From: an uncultured Eubacteriales bacterium
GTDB taxonomy: Bacteria > Bacillota > Clostridia > Christensenellales > CAG-138
Direction: 5' to 3'
Assembly: GCA_900319345.1 (NCBI GenBank)
Contig: ONNZ01000001.1
Span: 2,739 to 66,738, forward strand
DNA: 64,000 nucleotides
Each line of letters opens with the position of its first letter. The first letter of the stretch is position 1. Positions 50,487-60,873 of this stretch are shown in pieces. Below the pieces are notes generated by a model. The model was not told where the DNA came from, ran no database searches, and was given only the letters and a program-made list of their open reading frames with translations. The position numbers and the translations under genes were made by a program.

Positions 50487-51658
50487 GCGTCTTTTCTCCA
50501 TACCATCTTGTTGACCACGCCAACATAACTCTGGATGATTTTCACGACCTTGTTGGATACGTTGACGTCCGTATAGTCCGGCACCGGGATCGCGCCGCCG
50601 TTCTTCTCGTTCCTGACCATCTCCACGGCAGTATCGACCGCCTGCAAAAGTCCCTTCGTGTCGATGCCGGACAGAATGAAGCAGCCCTTGTCCAGCGCCT
50701 CCGGGCGCTCCGTAGAGGTGCGGATGCACACCGCCGGGATCGGATGCCCGATCGACGTGAAGAAGCTGCTTTCCTCCGGCAGCGTGCCGCTGTCAGACAC
50801 CACACAGAATGCGTTCATCTGCAGACAGTTGTAGTCATGGAAGCCGAGGGGCTCATGTTGAATCACACGCTTGTCCAGTTGGAAGCCGGACGCTTCGAGC
50901 CGCTTGCGCGAGCGCGGATGGCAGGAATAGAGGATCGGCATATCATACTTCTCCGCCATCCTATTAATCGCCGTGAAGAGACTGGTGAAATTCTTCTCCG
51001 TGTCGATGTTTTCCTCCCGATGGGCGGAGAGCAGGATATACTTGCCCTTTTCCAGACCGAGACGTTGATGGATATCGGAGGCTTCGATCGCCGCCAAATT
51101 CTCCGTCAGCACCTCCGCCATGGGGCTCCCCGTCACATACGTCCTTTCCTTCGGCAGGCCGCAGTCAGCCAGATACCGCCGCGCATGCTCGGAATAGGCG
51201 AGATTGACGTCGCTGATGATATCCACGATCCGCCGGTTGGTCTCCTCCGGCAGGCACTCGTCCTTGCAGCGGTTTCCAGCTTCCATATGGAAGATAGGGA
51301 TGTGAAGACGCTTTGCACCGATAACGGACAGGCAGGAGTTGGTATCGCCCAGCACCAATACCGCATCCGGCTTCAGTTCGACCATAGCCTTGTAGCTGGC
51401 CGCGATGATGTTGCCCATGGTCTCCCCAAGATCCGCACCCACAGCATCCAGATACAGCTCCGGATCATCGAGGCCCAAATCCCGGAAAAAGATCCCATTC
51501 AAGGTAAAGTCGTAATTCTGACCGGTATGCACCAAGATCGTATCAAAGTATTTCCTGCATTTTTTTATTACAGCGGCAAGTCTAATGATTTCCGGGCGGG
51601 TACCGACGATGATCATCAGCTTGATCTTGCCGTTGTTTTTCCAGTTGCAATGCTCCAT
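50483..51658 (-). CDS. capG: non-hydrolysing UDP-N-acetylhexosamine 2-epimerase (CapG/FnlC type)
   Basis: 391 aa. LMIIVGTRPEIIRLAAVI, VLGDTNS, and the LVVSDSGTLPEES-like block VVSDSGTLPEES. Confidence 0.85.
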   Translation of the reverse strand: MEHCNWKNNGKIKLMIIVGTRPEIIRLAAVIKKCRKYFDTILVHTGQNYDFTLNGIFFRDLGLDDPELYLDAVGADLGETMGNIIAASYKAMVELKPDAVLVLGDTNSCLSVIGAKRLHIPIFHMEAGNRCKDECLPEETNRRIVDIISDVNLAYSEHARRYLADCGLPKERTYVTGSPMAEVLTENLAAIEASDIHQRLGLEKGKYILLSAHREENIDTEKNFTSLFTAINRMAEKYDMPILYSCHPRSRKRLEASGFQLDKRVIQHEPLGFHDYNCLQMNAFCVVSDSGTLPEESSFFTSIGHPIPAVCIRTSTERPEALDKGCFILSGIDTKGLLQAVDTAVEMVRNEKNGGAIPVPDYTDVNVSNKVVKIIQSYVGVVNKMVWRKDA

Positions 51659-51705
51659 ATCCGTTCTCCTACCCTGTTCTCGTGTAAAGGAACTGACTGT
51701 TTAGA

Positions 51706-52764
51706 TCACTCGTGACGAATGCCTTTGAGTTCTTCCTGTACATATTCCGTGGTAAGAATCTTCCTCACCACCCCATCGACATCCAGCTGCATAGTGTTAT
51801 GACTCGTGTATGCCTCATCCGCTTGTGTTTTAACTTGGCCCTGAACAAAGAATTTATCATAGTTTAAATCTCTGTTGTCGGCAACCACACGGAAATAGTT
51901 GCCCATGTCCTCTGCGCGTAACCGCTCTTCACAGGTCATTAACGTTTCATATAGTTTTTCTCCATGACGAGTGCCGATTATTTTGGTGCCCGTATTTCCA
52001 AATAGCCTTTGCACGCCTTTGGCCAAGTCGCCAATGGTGGAAGCGTCCGCTTTCTGGATAAACAGATCGCCAGGATTCGCATGCTCGAATGCAAAACGCA
52101 CCAATTCCACTGCCTCATCAAGGTTCATAAGGAACCGTGTCATGGCTGGGTTGGTGATGGTTATGGGGTTGCCTGCCTTGATCTGATCGATGAACAATGG
52201 GATGACCGAACCGCGGCTGCACATAACATTGCCATACCGAGTACCGCATATCACTGTGCCGCCACGATCTGCTGCCACACGAGCATTGGCATAGATAACG
52301 TGTTCCATCATAGCTTTACTGATGCCCATGGCATTGATCGGATAGGCAGCTTTATCAGTAGACAGGCACACGACTCTCTTTACACCTGCATCGATGGCCG
52401 CATGCAAAACGTTGTCCGTGCCTTCCACATTGGTTTTCACCGCCTGCATTGGGAAAAACTCGCAGGAGGGGACCTGTTTCAAGGCCGCAGCATGGAAGAT
52501 GTAGTCCACTCCGGGCATGGCGTCGGCCACAGACCTCGGATCACGCACATCTCCAATGTAAAACTTCACTTTTTTAGCATGGTCAGGATACCTGGCTTGT
52601 AAAGCATGACGCATATCATCCTGCTTTTTCTCATCCCGAGAAAAAATGCGAATCTCGCCGATGTCCGTCTGTAGAAACTGCTTGAGTACAGTCGAGCCGA
52701 AGGAGCCTGTACCTCCGGTGATCATCAGTACTTTTCCCTTCATCTGTTCATGGATGTTCTGCAT
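51706..52764 (-). CDS. capE: UDP-GlcNAc 4,6-dehydratase/5-epimerase (CapE/FnlA type)
   Basis: 352 aa. VLMITGGTGSFGSTV, FSRDEKKQ, GDVRD, STDKAAYPINAMGISKAMME. Confidence 0.88.
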   Translation of the reverse strand: MQNIHEQMKGKVLMITGGTGSFGSTVLKQFLQTDIGEIRIFSRDEKKQDDMRHALQARYPDHAKKVKFYIGDVRDPRSVADAMPGVDYIFHAAALKQVPSCEFFPMQAVKTNVEGTDNVLHAAIDAGVKRVVCLSTDKAAYPINAMGISKAMMEHVIYANARVAADRGGTVICGTRYGNVMCSRGSVIPLFIDQIKAGNPITITNPAMTRFLMNLDEAVELVRFAFEHANPGDLFIQKADASTIGDLAKGVQRLFGNTGTKIIGTRHGEKLYETLMTCEERLRAEDMGNYFRVVADNRDLNYDKFFVQGQVKTQADEAYTSHNTMQLDVDGVVRKILTTEYVQEELKGIRHE

Positions 52765-52811
52765 GGTTTTCCTCTTTTCTATATTGAGAAATATTAATAT
52801 TTGATCCTAAA

Positions 52812-54290
52812 TCAGGCAAGCCTTTGCTTCACAGTTCCTATGACTTGCCTGTAGTAGTACAGGGTTATCTCCTCCTTCAACAGCAGGAGCATGCCAAAAT
52901 AGACCGCAATGGCACCTATAACCTGAAGAGCCAAAACAGTCCAAGGAGAAAGCGGTAACTGAGCGCAGAGGAGCAAATAGCCCGCCATGACCGTCACTGC
53001 CAATACAACTTTTACAGCACTTCTCCCTACGCCAATCAGCTGATAATACTTTTTTCCAAACTGAACATATACGACCATGACAGCAATCTCGCTGATAATA
53101 GAGGCGATGGCTGCGCCGAACTCCTGATACCGGGGGATCAACAGAGAATTACCCATCAGATTGATCACTGCTCCGATACCCACGCAAATGATCATCCTGT
53201 TTTCATGATCTGTCACCAACAGCATCCTGGAACCAAGCAAGTACCCTATGGGCGAAATCAGCAGCAGTACGGACAGCATCTTCAGAATCGTCGCGGAATG
53301 CTGGTACTGGACGCCGTATAATTCCTGGATAAGGAAGGAGGAGGTAAAGAAAATGCCCACGATCATGGGCACGGAGAGCATGACGATGAGGATCAAACCT
53401 TTGGACACCAGCGCGTTGAATTCTTCCTTTCTGTTCTCCTTGAAAAAGAACGTGATCCTGGGAACGAGGACCATTGTGAACGTGTTGACCACCTGCAAGA
53501 GTATCTTCTGTATGCTGTTCCCATACTTATAGTAGGCGATGTTTTCCTTTCCGCACATAAAGTTCATCATGGTCACATCCATCAACGCATACAGCTCAAT
53601 AGCCAAATTCACAGCGACCAAAAAGAAGATGGACCTCATGTGTCGTTTCAGGTTCAACCCTTGAGTGGTGAATCTCACAAACTTAGGCGCATACGCCATA
53701 TTGATCAAGTAATTTCCGGCTGTACCGAACACCGTGATCCCCGCGTATCTTAAATAATCCTTGGGGCCTTTGACAAAGACCACCAACACCACGAAGCAAA
53801 GAGCCTTAAAGAAAAGATTGCGCACTGAGGCAAACTTAAATTCCTCCATGCCCTCGTACAACCAGGAAATATTGAAGGCGTTCAGCGCGACGGAAAGCCC
53901 TGCTATGATATAGATGGGCAATTCCCTTCTATACTTACCGACCGACAGAATGACGATCACATAGGCGATCAAGAAAACGACGGTCGATATGAAATTGATA
54001 ATGAACAGCTCTGAAAAAACCTTGTTCCGCTCCTCGGGATCATTCCTGACCTTTGCGATCTCGCGCAACCCATAGGTAGGGATCCCCAAAAAAGCGAGGA
54101 TAACAAAATATTCCGCAACATTCTGAGCCGCGGCGACTGCGCCGATATTCTCCGGAAGCAGTTTTCGCGCCACATATATCCCCGTGATAAAGGGAAATGC
54201 GATATTTAATACATTGTAGATTAAATAGTATATGCCGCCTTTCGACAGGGACTTTTCGTTTGGCAGCTTTTCTTTTCCTCTTTCGTTCAT
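52812..54290 (-). CDS. wzx: MOP-superfamily polysaccharide flippase (Wzx type)
   Basis: 492 aa, polytopic (about 14 TM), with the typical N-terminal YYLIYNVLNIAFPFITGIYVARKL. Confidence 0.8.
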   Translation of the reverse strand: MNERGKEKLPNEKSLSKGGIYYLIYNVLNIAFPFITGIYVARKLLPENIGAVAAAQNVAEYFVILAFLGIPTYGLREIAKVRNDPEERNKVFSELFIINFISTVVFLIAYVIVILSVGKYRRELPIYIIAGLSVALNAFNISWLYEGMEEFKFASVRNLFFKALCFVVLVVFVKGPKDYLRYAGITVFGTAGNYLINMAYAPKFVRFTTQGLNLKRHMRSIFFLVAVNLAIELYALMDVTMMNFMCGKENIAYYKYGNSIQKILLQVVNTFTMVLVPRITFFFKENRKEEFNALVSKGLILIVMLSVPMIVGIFFTSSFLIQELYGVQYQHSATILKMLSVLLLISPIGYLLGSRMLLVTDHENRMIICVGIGAVINLMGNSLLIPRYQEFGAAIASIISEIAVMVVYVQFGKKYYQLIGVGRSAVKVVLAVTVMAGYLLLCAQLPLSPWTVLALQVIGAIAVYFGMLLLLKEEITLYYYRQVIGTVKQRLA

Positions 54291-54303
54291 GCTTTGCTAT
54301 ACA

Positions 54304-54912
54304 TCAATGATCCCCAAACATATTCTCGATCCCCTGCCACTTCTGGTCTTTATCAGAAAGCTTCAGTGGGATTCCATCCACCGAGTATCCTTCCGCCGAC
54401 GCTGATCCTGGATATGCTCCTTGCAGCTTCGGCCAAACGATTCCGATATCCAGGTCGTTCCAGGCCAGGCCGCCCTCGTCGTTGGGATGATAGAAGTCAT
54501 CGCACTTGTAGCAGAATTCAACCACGTCGGAAAGGACGAGGAAACCGTGGGCAAAGCCGCGAGGAACAAGGAACTGCTTCTTGTTTTCTTCACTTAGTAT
54601 TTCCCCATGCCATTTGCCAAAGGTCTTGCTGCCTGGCCGTATATCCACCGCCACGTCGAAGACCTCGCCTCGGATCACCCGCACCAGCTTCGTCTGAGGG
54701 TACTGCTTCTGAAAATGGAGCCCGCGAAGGACGCCCTTGGTGCTCATGCTTTGGTTGTCCTGCACGAAGGTGATGTCCAGGCCAGCCTCCGCCATATCGC
54801 GCTGACTGTAGGTCTCCATGAAGTATCCCCGGCTGTCTCCGTGGACAGCAGGCGTAATCAGGCACAGGCCTTCGATCCCTTCCAGGTTTTTCTCGACCGT
54901 GATCTGCCCCAT
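54304..54912 (-). CDS. rmlC: dTDP-4-dehydrorhamnose 3,5-epimerase
   Basis: 202 aa. HGDSRGYFMETY, VLRGLHFQ, VFDVAVDIR, PRGFAHGF. Confidence 0.93.
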   Translation of the reverse strand: MGQITVEKNLEGIEGLCLITPAVHGDSRGYFMETYSQRDMAEAGLDITFVQDNQSMSTKGVLRGLHFQKQYPQTKLVRVIRGEVFDVAVDIRPGSKTFGKWHGEILSEENKKQFLVPRGFAHGFLVLSDVVEFCYKCDDFYHPNDEGGLAWNDLDIGIVWPKLQGAYPGSASAEGYSVDGIPLKLSDKDQKWQGIENMFGDH

Positions 54913-54913
54913 A

Positions 54914-55828
54914 TTACAGCTTTGCCTCCTTTAGATATCTGCTGACCGCGTACTGCCAAATCGGGAGGGGTTTGAACCCGGCTTCGATCAGCTTGCCCTT
55001 GTCCAGGCGGGAGTTTTCCGGCCGCCTCGCTTTGGAGAGCCCATATTCTGCCGTGGTGACCGGAACCACCTTCGTTTGCAGGCCGTACTGCTTGTAGATC
55101 TCGCAGCAGAAGTCGTACCAGCTGATATAGCCGCCGTCGTTGGTGGCATGGTAGTAGCCGTACTTCTCCGTTTCGATCATATCCGCCAGCAACCGGGCAA
55201 GATCGAAGGTGTAGGTGGGCGTGCCGATCTGATCGTTCACCACCCGCACCGTATCATGGGTCTTGCCCACGTTGATCATGGTTTTAATGAAATTCTTCCC
55301 ATTCAGACCGAACACCCAGGCGATGCGCACGATAAAGTATTTTTCCAGGATGTCGCTGACCGCCTGCTCCCCTTCCAGTTTCGTTTGACCGTAGAAATTC
55401 AAGGGAGCATAGTTCCTGTCGTCCGGCTGCCAGGGACGCTGGCCCTTGCCGTCGAACACGTAATCGGTGGAGAGGTAGAGCATCTTGGCGTCCACCGCTC
55501 TCGCCGCTTCTGCCACATAGCGCGTCCCCAAATGGTTGATGGCCTCGACCTTCGGTTGATTCGCCTCGTCTTCAGCGGCATCCACCGCCGTCCAAGCGGC
55601 ACAGTGGATGATGGCGTCCGGCCGGATCTCAGCGATCGCTTTATGGACCGACGCTTGATCCGTGATATCCAGCTGGATATAGGGAGCTGTGGTCACAGCG
55701 GAACCGTCGGCCACGCCGCTGTAGGAAGGCTGGATATCGCTTCCGATCGCCTCATGTCCTCTGGCCGCCAGCTCGTTTACGCAGTCATGTCCCAGCTGGC
55801 CACCGACGCCCGTTACCAAGACCTTCAT
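54914..55828 (-). CDS. rmlD: dTDP-4-dehydrorhamnose reductase
   Basis: 304 aa. MKVLVTGVGGQLG, STDYVFDG, YGQTKLEGE. Confidence 0.9.
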   Translation of the reverse strand: MKVLVTGVGGQLGHDCVNELAARGHEAIGSDIQPSYSGVADGSAVTTAPYIQLDITDQASVHKAIAEIRPDAIIHCAAWTAVDAAEDEANQPKVEAINHLGTRYVAEAARAVDAKMLYLSTDYVFDGKGQRPWQPDDRNYAPLNFYGQTKLEGEQAVSDILEKYFIVRIAWVFGLNGKNFIKTMINVGKTHDTVRVVNDQIGTPTYTFDLARLLADMIETEKYGYYHATNDGGYISWYDFCCEIYKQYGLQTKVVPVTTAEYGLSKARRPENSRLDKGKLIEAGFKPLPIWQYAVSRYLKEAKL

Positions 55829-55834
55829 TATCTG

Positions 55835-56899
55835 TCACCTGTTCTTATACATCTCATCGTAGTAATGCTGATACGCTCCGGACGTGACCTGATCCATCCA
55901 CGCCTCATTCTCCAGATACCAGTCGATGGTCTTCACGATGCCCACCTCGAAGGGCGTTTCCGGGTACCAGCCCAGATCCGCCTTGATCTTGCTGGGATCG
56001 ATGCCGTAGCGGCGATCGTGGCCCAGTCGGTCCTCCACGTGCTTGATGAGGGCTTCGGAGATGCCCTCGTCCTGGAGTCTGTCGTGGAGCTGCTGGATGA
56101 TGGTCTTCACGATAAAGATGTTGGGGTGCTCGTTGTGGCCGCCCACGTTGTACACCTCGCCGCTCTTCCCGTTGCTCGCCACCATGTCGATGGCCTTGCA
56201 GTGATCCTCCACGTACAACCAATCGCGGATCTGCATGCCGTCGCCGTAGACAGGCAGCGGCTTGTGATGCTTCACGTTGTTGATCATCAGCGGGATCAGC
56301 TTCTCCGGGAACTGGTAGGGACCGTAGTTGTTGCTGCAGCGGGTGATGTTGATGGGCATCCCGTAGGTGTCGTGGAACGCCTGAACGAAGTGGTCCGCCG
56401 AAGCCTTGGAGGAGCTGTAGGGGCTGTGCGGGTCGATGGGCGTGGTCTCCATAAAGAATCCCTCCGGTCCAAGAGCGCCATAGACCTCGTCCGTGCTGAC
56501 CTGCAGATACTTCTTGCCTTCCTTCCAGGTCTTCTTCTGGGGGTCATACCATGCTTCCTTCGCCCGCTGAAGCAGGTTCACCGTGCCCATGACGTTGGTC
56601 TGGACAAAAATCTCCGGATTGGCGATGGACCGGTCCACATGGCTTTCCGCCGCGAAGTTGATCACATAGTCGAAGTCATACTTCTCGAACAGGCCGGTGA
56701 CCAGCGCTTTGTCGCAGATATCCCCCTGGACGAATACATGGCGCGAATCGCCCTCCACGCCCTTCAGATTCTCCAGGTTGCCCGCGTAGGTCAGCTTGTC
56801 CAGATTGACCAGCAGGATATCGTCGTACTTCTTCAGCATGTAGTAGACGAAGTTGGAACCGATGAATCCGGCACAGCCGGTGATCAAATACTTCTTCAT
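55835..56899 (-). CDS. rmlB: dTDP-glucose 4,6-dehydratase
   Basis: 354 aa. ITGCAGFIGSNF, VSTDEVYG, PYSSSKASAD. Confidence 0.93.
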   Translation of the reverse strand: MKKYLITGCAGFIGSNFVYYMLKKYDDILLVNLDKLTYAGNLENLKGVEGDSRHVFVQGDICDKALVTGLFEKYDFDYVINFAAESHVDRSIANPEIFVQTNVMGTVNLLQRAKEAWYDPQKKTWKEGKKYLQVSTDEVYGALGPEGFFMETTPIDPHSPYSSSKASADHFVQAFHDTYGMPINITRCSNNYGPYQFPEKLIPLMINNVKHHKPLPVYGDGMQIRDWLYVEDHCKAIDMVASNGKSGEVYNVGGHNEHPNIFIVKTIIQQLHDRLQDEGISEALIKHVEDRLGHDRRYGIDPSKIKADLGWYPETPFEVGIVKTIDWYLENEAWMDQVTSGAYQHYYDEMYKNR

Positions 56900-56902
56900 G
56901 GA

Positions 56903-57790
56903 TCAATACCTGACCTTTCCTTCCGCTACTGCTTTGAGGTGTGCGCCATAGGGGCTCTTGCCGTATCTTTCTGCGGACCGCAGCAGTTCCGCTTTATCGA
57001 TCCATCCATTGATAAAACCGATCTCCTCCGGAGCCGAGATGGTGATGCCTTGGCGCTTAGAGATCATCTGCACGAACTCCGCCGCATCCACCAGGCTGTC
57101 CATGGTGCCCGTGTCCAGCCAGGCGAAGCCCCGTCCGAGAAGCTGGACGTCCAGTAGATCGTCCTTTAGATACATTTCGTTGAGAGTAGTGATCTCCAAC
57201 TCCCCGCGAGCAGAGGGCTTGACCTGGTTCGCTCTGTCACTGACGCCCGCTGGGTAGAAGTACAGCCCGGTCACCGCATAGTTGCTCTTGGGCACCTTGG
57301 GCTTCTCCTCGATGCTGGTAGCTTTCCCGTTCTCATCGAAAGCCACTACGCCGAAACGCTCCGGATCGTTGACATAGTACCCGAACACGGTAGCCCGCTT
57401 ATTCACCTCCGCGTCCTCCACGGCAGCGCGAAGGATCTTCCTGAACCCGCTCCCGTAGAAGATGTTGTCGCCAAGCACCATGGCCCCCGCTTCTCCGCCC
57501 AGGAACTCCTCCCCTAGGATGAAGGCCTGGGCAAGGCCGTCGGGACTTGGCTGCACCTTGTAGCTCAGCTTCACGCCGAACTGGGAGCCGTCTCCCAGCA
57601 GCGCCTCGAACCGCGGCGTGTCGTCCGGCGTACTGATGATCAAGATCTCATGTATACCCGCCAGCATCAGAGTGGACAAGGGATAATAGATCATGGGCTT
57701 GTCGTACACCGGCAACAGCTGCTTGCTGGTCACCATGGTGAGTGGATACAAACGGGTCCCCGCCCCGCCGGCCAGGATGATACCTTTCAT
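56903..57790 (-). CDS. rmlA: glucose-1-phosphate thymidylyltransferase
   Basis: 295 aa from ATG 57790 (AAGGAGG RBS). [18 protein letters not shown]...[17 protein letters not shown]. Confidence 0.93.
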   Translation of the reverse strand: MKGIILAGGAGTRLYPLTMVTSKQLLPVYDKPMIYYPLSTLMLAGIHEILIISTPDDTPRFEALLGDGSQFGVKLSYKVQPSPDGLAQAFILGEEFLGGEAGAMVLGDNIFYGSGFRKILRAAVEDAEVNKRATVFGYYVNDPERFGVVAFDENGKATSIEEKPKVPKSNYAVTGLYFYPAGVSDRANQVKPSARGELEITTLNEMYLKDDLLDVQLLGRGFAWLDTGTMDSLVDAAEFVQMISKRQGITISAPEEIGFINGWIDKAELLRSAERYGKSPYGAHLKAVAEGKVRY

Positions 57791-57838
57791 GCTTGCCTCC
57801 TTTTCAATCTTCACGATTAGTATGTTTCAAATCCTCTT

Positions 57839-58696
57839 CTATTCAGTTCTTCCGAACGAGTTATTCTCGATCGACCCATCCCGAACGTACATGCTGTAGT
57901 GATGTGTCGCCTTCCGCTCTTCCTCCGGCGGCAAAGCCATATAATCTCCATACAGTTTGGACAGAACCGCATCATACTCCTTTGGAACGGACAACAAATG
58001 ACCTTCGAACGGAAGTTCGGTGTTTTCGTCGAACAGCTCTCGATCATACTGGGTCAACCCATAGGTCCATGCCGGGACGCCAACGTATGTATCTTGATCG
58101 GATGTATTAGCCAGCAAAAATCTGTCTATCCGTCCATTGATTCTTTCAGGGAGCTTTTTTCCTTCCGCCAAATGTAGCAGAATGCTTGCAACAAAGGAAG
58201 CTGCTCTGACAAGACCATTTTTGCCAATCGCGCCCTTATTATACAGCATATATGTCGCATTCATCCTTCGAATACGGCGCACAAGCTTGCGTCCATGTTC
58301 CATATCGCTGCAATAGTTATCCAACGGATAGATATCTACGAACGCACCGATGTCAAAAATTGGTTCCTTCTGCTCCGTTTCATATCGATATCTCATATTG
58401 CAAAACCTTGGGATATAATACGGATAATGCTTCGTGTTCGCCCTGGTGCACAGCTTGAACCCATTCACGATCCCATCTCCCAGAATCATGTGGAGCGCAT
58501 CATAATCCTTGCGCGGCATGAAAATATCAACATCGTCATCCCAGGGAATGAACCCGTGATGTCGTACTGCACCGATCAATGTCCCATAAGCGAGAAAATA
58601 CCGCAGCCGGTTCTCCCTGCATATCCTGTCTATTTCCACAAGAGCAGACAAGTTCGCCTGCTGTATTTCCTGTAAAGAGAGTGGATCGGAAGTCAT
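57839..58696 (-). CDS. LicD-family phosphotransferase (paralog 3)
   Basis: LIGAVRHHGFIPWDDDVDIFM. I prefer ATG 58696 (MTSDPL), 4 nt after the upstream stop, over the track start 58726. Confidence 0.85.
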   Translation of the reverse strand: MTSDPLSLQEIQQANLSALVEIDRICRENRLRYFLAYGTLIGAVRHHGFIPWDDDVDIFMPRKDYDALHMILGDGIVNGFKLCTRANTKHYPYYIPRFCNMRYRYETEQKEPIFDIGAFVDIYPLDNYCSDMEHGRKLVRRIRRMNATYMLYNKGAIGKNGLVRAASFVASILLHLAEGKKLPERINGRIDRFLLANTSDQDTYVGVPAWTYGLTQYDRELFDENTELPFEGHLLSVPKEYDAVLSKLYGDYMALPPEEERKATHHYSMYVRDGSIENNSFGRTE

Positions 58697-58700
58697 ATGG

Positions 58701-60023
58701 TCATATCCCTTTCTGCTGTTTTTCAATATATGCCTGTCGTACGGGAATAGCCCCTTGCAGCGGCCGTGCTCCCTCGAATACGGTTTCGTTTCGTATGCTG
58801 TTTTCCCTCCCCTGGACCAACTCCGCCAGCATGAACGGCAGAAAGAGAAAGATCATAAAATCGAAAGAAGATGAGTAGTATGGATTCGTGCCGTTAGCGC
58901 CAAGAACACAAACATAGGCTACCAAAATAGCTGAACCAACCAGTCTATCGACCTGAGCTGCTTGTATGGATTCGACGAAGATGACGGCTAAAGAGAGGAA
59001 ATAGAAGAAAGCGCCGATCAATCCGCTTTGGAAAAGCATTTCATGATAGGACAATTCAAAGTTCCATGGTTCTTTCGTGCTTCTCGCAAAACCTGGGATC
59101 ACCGCACCAGCTCCGTTCCCAAAGAAGGGTTCCTTTTTGAACCATTCGATCAAGTACTTTGCCTGTACCAGACGCTCATTCTCCGTACCGTTTTGGTCGA
59201 TCGATGCAAAGGCATCTTTAAAGCGAGCTATCAGCCCGCTAATGGACAGCATGCCTGTTTTTTCAGCGAAGAGAATACCTGCCACCAGGACCAGGACGCC
59301 TATCACCAGAAGCTTCATCTGGTCTTCGATCCTTCTTGTATTGATAAAAAAGAGGGCGAATACGCCAAGGACCAGGCAAAGCCACAGTATCCTTCTTCCG
59401 CTCAGGACCATAGCAGCGGCACAGAGGACCGTCGTCCCGATAAGCGCCCTTTTGCTTACGATTGCATGGGTGCCTGATTCATTGATGAGCATGACCAGCA
59501 GTGGGAACAATAGGATCGTCATGGAAAGGTTGGTGGTAACGACATGAGAATAACCTTCATGGAACTGGAGTCGAGCCGTTGCATCCAGCTTTTCCAGAAA
59601 AGGAATGCTCGTTCCTAAAAATCCGCATGCGATAAAGGTCAAGTTATAGACCGCAATGAATAAGGTCGCGCAGAGTATCGCTTTGAACGTAGCTTCATAG
59701 GCCTCCTCTCTGCAGATGGACACCATCAATGCGAAAAAAAGAAGCACGTTAACCACATTGACCCGAAAGAAAGCATATATCCCGGCAGCCGGATTTCCAT
59801 ACAGGATGCCGAAAGCTATCGCCAGTGCTGAATACACCATCCACAATACGGTAAAGCATACCACCGGTTTCCAAAGGGTGATCCCCCTTCTCGTCACCAG
59901 ATTCGCAGCGATCAAAAGGAGGCAGAGAAATATTTTCACAAATTGGAAGATCCTTGGGAAAGCCAAAATTGAGAACAATAGGATCCCCCATATGACATTC
60001 ACTGTCTTATTGCTGATCTTCAT
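58701..60023 (-). CDS. O-antigen-ligase/Wzy-like polytopic membrane protein (probable repeat-unit polymerase)
   Basis: 440 aa, at least 10 TM helices with one large loop. It occupies the position typical of wzy in Wzx/Wzy loci. Confidence 0.65.
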   Translation of the reverse strand: MKISNKTVNVIWGILLFSILAFPRIFQFVKIFLCLLLIAANLVTRRGITLWKPVVCFTVLWMVYSALAIAFGILYGNPAAGIYAFFRVNVVNVLLFFALMVSICREEAYEATFKAILCATLFIAVYNLTFIACGFLGTSIPFLEKLDATARLQFHEGYSHVVTTNLSMTILLFPLLVMLINESGTHAIVSKRALIGTTVLCAAAMVLSGRRILWLCLVLGVFALFFINTRRIEDQMKLLVIGVLVLVAGILFAEKTGMLSISGLIARFKDAFASIDQNGTENERLVQAKYLIEWFKKEPFFGNGAGAVIPGFARSTKEPWNFELSYHEMLFQSGLIGAFFYFLSLAVIFVESIQAAQVDRLVGSAILVAYVCVLGANGTNPYYSSSFDFMIFLFLPFMLAELVQGRENSIRNETVFEGARPLQGAIPVRQAYIEKQQKGI

Positions 60024-60024
60024 C

Positions 60025-60861
60025 CTAGATCCCCTTTACCCCTCGTCTCTCCGGATATGTCGCCTTGAAGTCTCTATACCCCTGTAGAAGCGCCTTGTAT
60101 TTACTGGTTCTTTCCCTGTCGAACAACGTGAGCAGGACGATCTCTCGGGCGAAGGCTATCCGTTTTTTTATGCAAAACCAACGATGGCTCTTTTCAAACT
60201 TATGGAGGATATAGAAATGGTTACGGGAAATATAGTAGTATCTGAACGCAGAATGGGTCCGAAACCATCGGGAGCCTGTTTTTTCCCCCAAATTATGCTT
60301 TGCGCCTGCATCGGCGACCTTGACGATGGTAAAGCCCTTGTCCTGCAGCCGCAAGCAAAAATCGAAATCCACCGAATCGATAAACAGCGCCTCGTCGAAA
60401 CCGCCGATGCTCTTAGCCGCTTCTACAGTCACCAGGTTCCCGCTGGTGATCAAGTATTCGACGCACTTGGTTTCAGAGATGGACTGATCCCAGTTGATGC
60501 CTGCGGAGACTGCTCCCTCTTTGAGCATGGCTTTCAACAGGCACTCTACCGCGTTCGTAAAGAGAACCGTATCCTGATCCATGGTCAGAACCAGCGGATA
60601 CCCCTTTTGCGCGCAGTATTCCAGTCCCACGTTCAGCGCAAAGGCGATCCCTTTGTTCTCTCCCAGCTCGATTACGTCGATCCCATATTTTCGCTTTGCC
60701 TCCTGGAGCACCGTTTGTTCCGTGGAGCCATTGTCCACCACCAGACACCGATGGATTTGAGGAAGCAGCGCTTCGATATTCTCCAGCAACAGCGGTTCCG
60801 GATTATAGGAAACGATCACCGCGCAGATGTCGCGCCTTGCATCCTTTTCAAAAAAGTCCAT
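60025..60861 (-). CDS. GT2-family glycosyltransferase (rhamnosyltransferase-like)
   Basis: 278 aa. AVIVSYNPEP...VVDNGS... and a DxD-like region (LTMDQD) give the GT-A fold pattern. Confidence 0.75.
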   Translation of the reverse strand: MDFFEKDARRDICAVIVSYNPEPLLLENIEALLPQIHRCLVVDNGSTEQTVLQEAKRKYGIDVIELGENKGIAFALNVGLEYCAQKGYPLVLTMDQDTVLFTNAVECLLKAMLKEGAVSAGINWDQSISETKCVEYLITSGNLVTVEAAKSIGGFDEALFIDSVDFDFCLRLQDKGFTIVKVADAGAKHNLGEKTGSRWFRTHSAFRYYYISRNHFYILHKFEKSHRWFCIKKRIAFAREIVLLTLFDRERTSKYKALLQGYRDFKATYPERRGVKGI

Positions 60862-60873
60862 GCTTGTCTCCCG

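Noticed and set aside
49251-50729. An 81-codon N-terminal extension of capF (also similar extensions of licD2, rmlA, prmA, rsmE, the DUF4867 gene and the ABC ATPase in the track).
   Set aside because: The extensions overlap the upstream genes, lack RBSs and are non-homologous junk. Internal ATGs with SD sequences or ATGA coupling give proteins starting at the canonical family N-termini.
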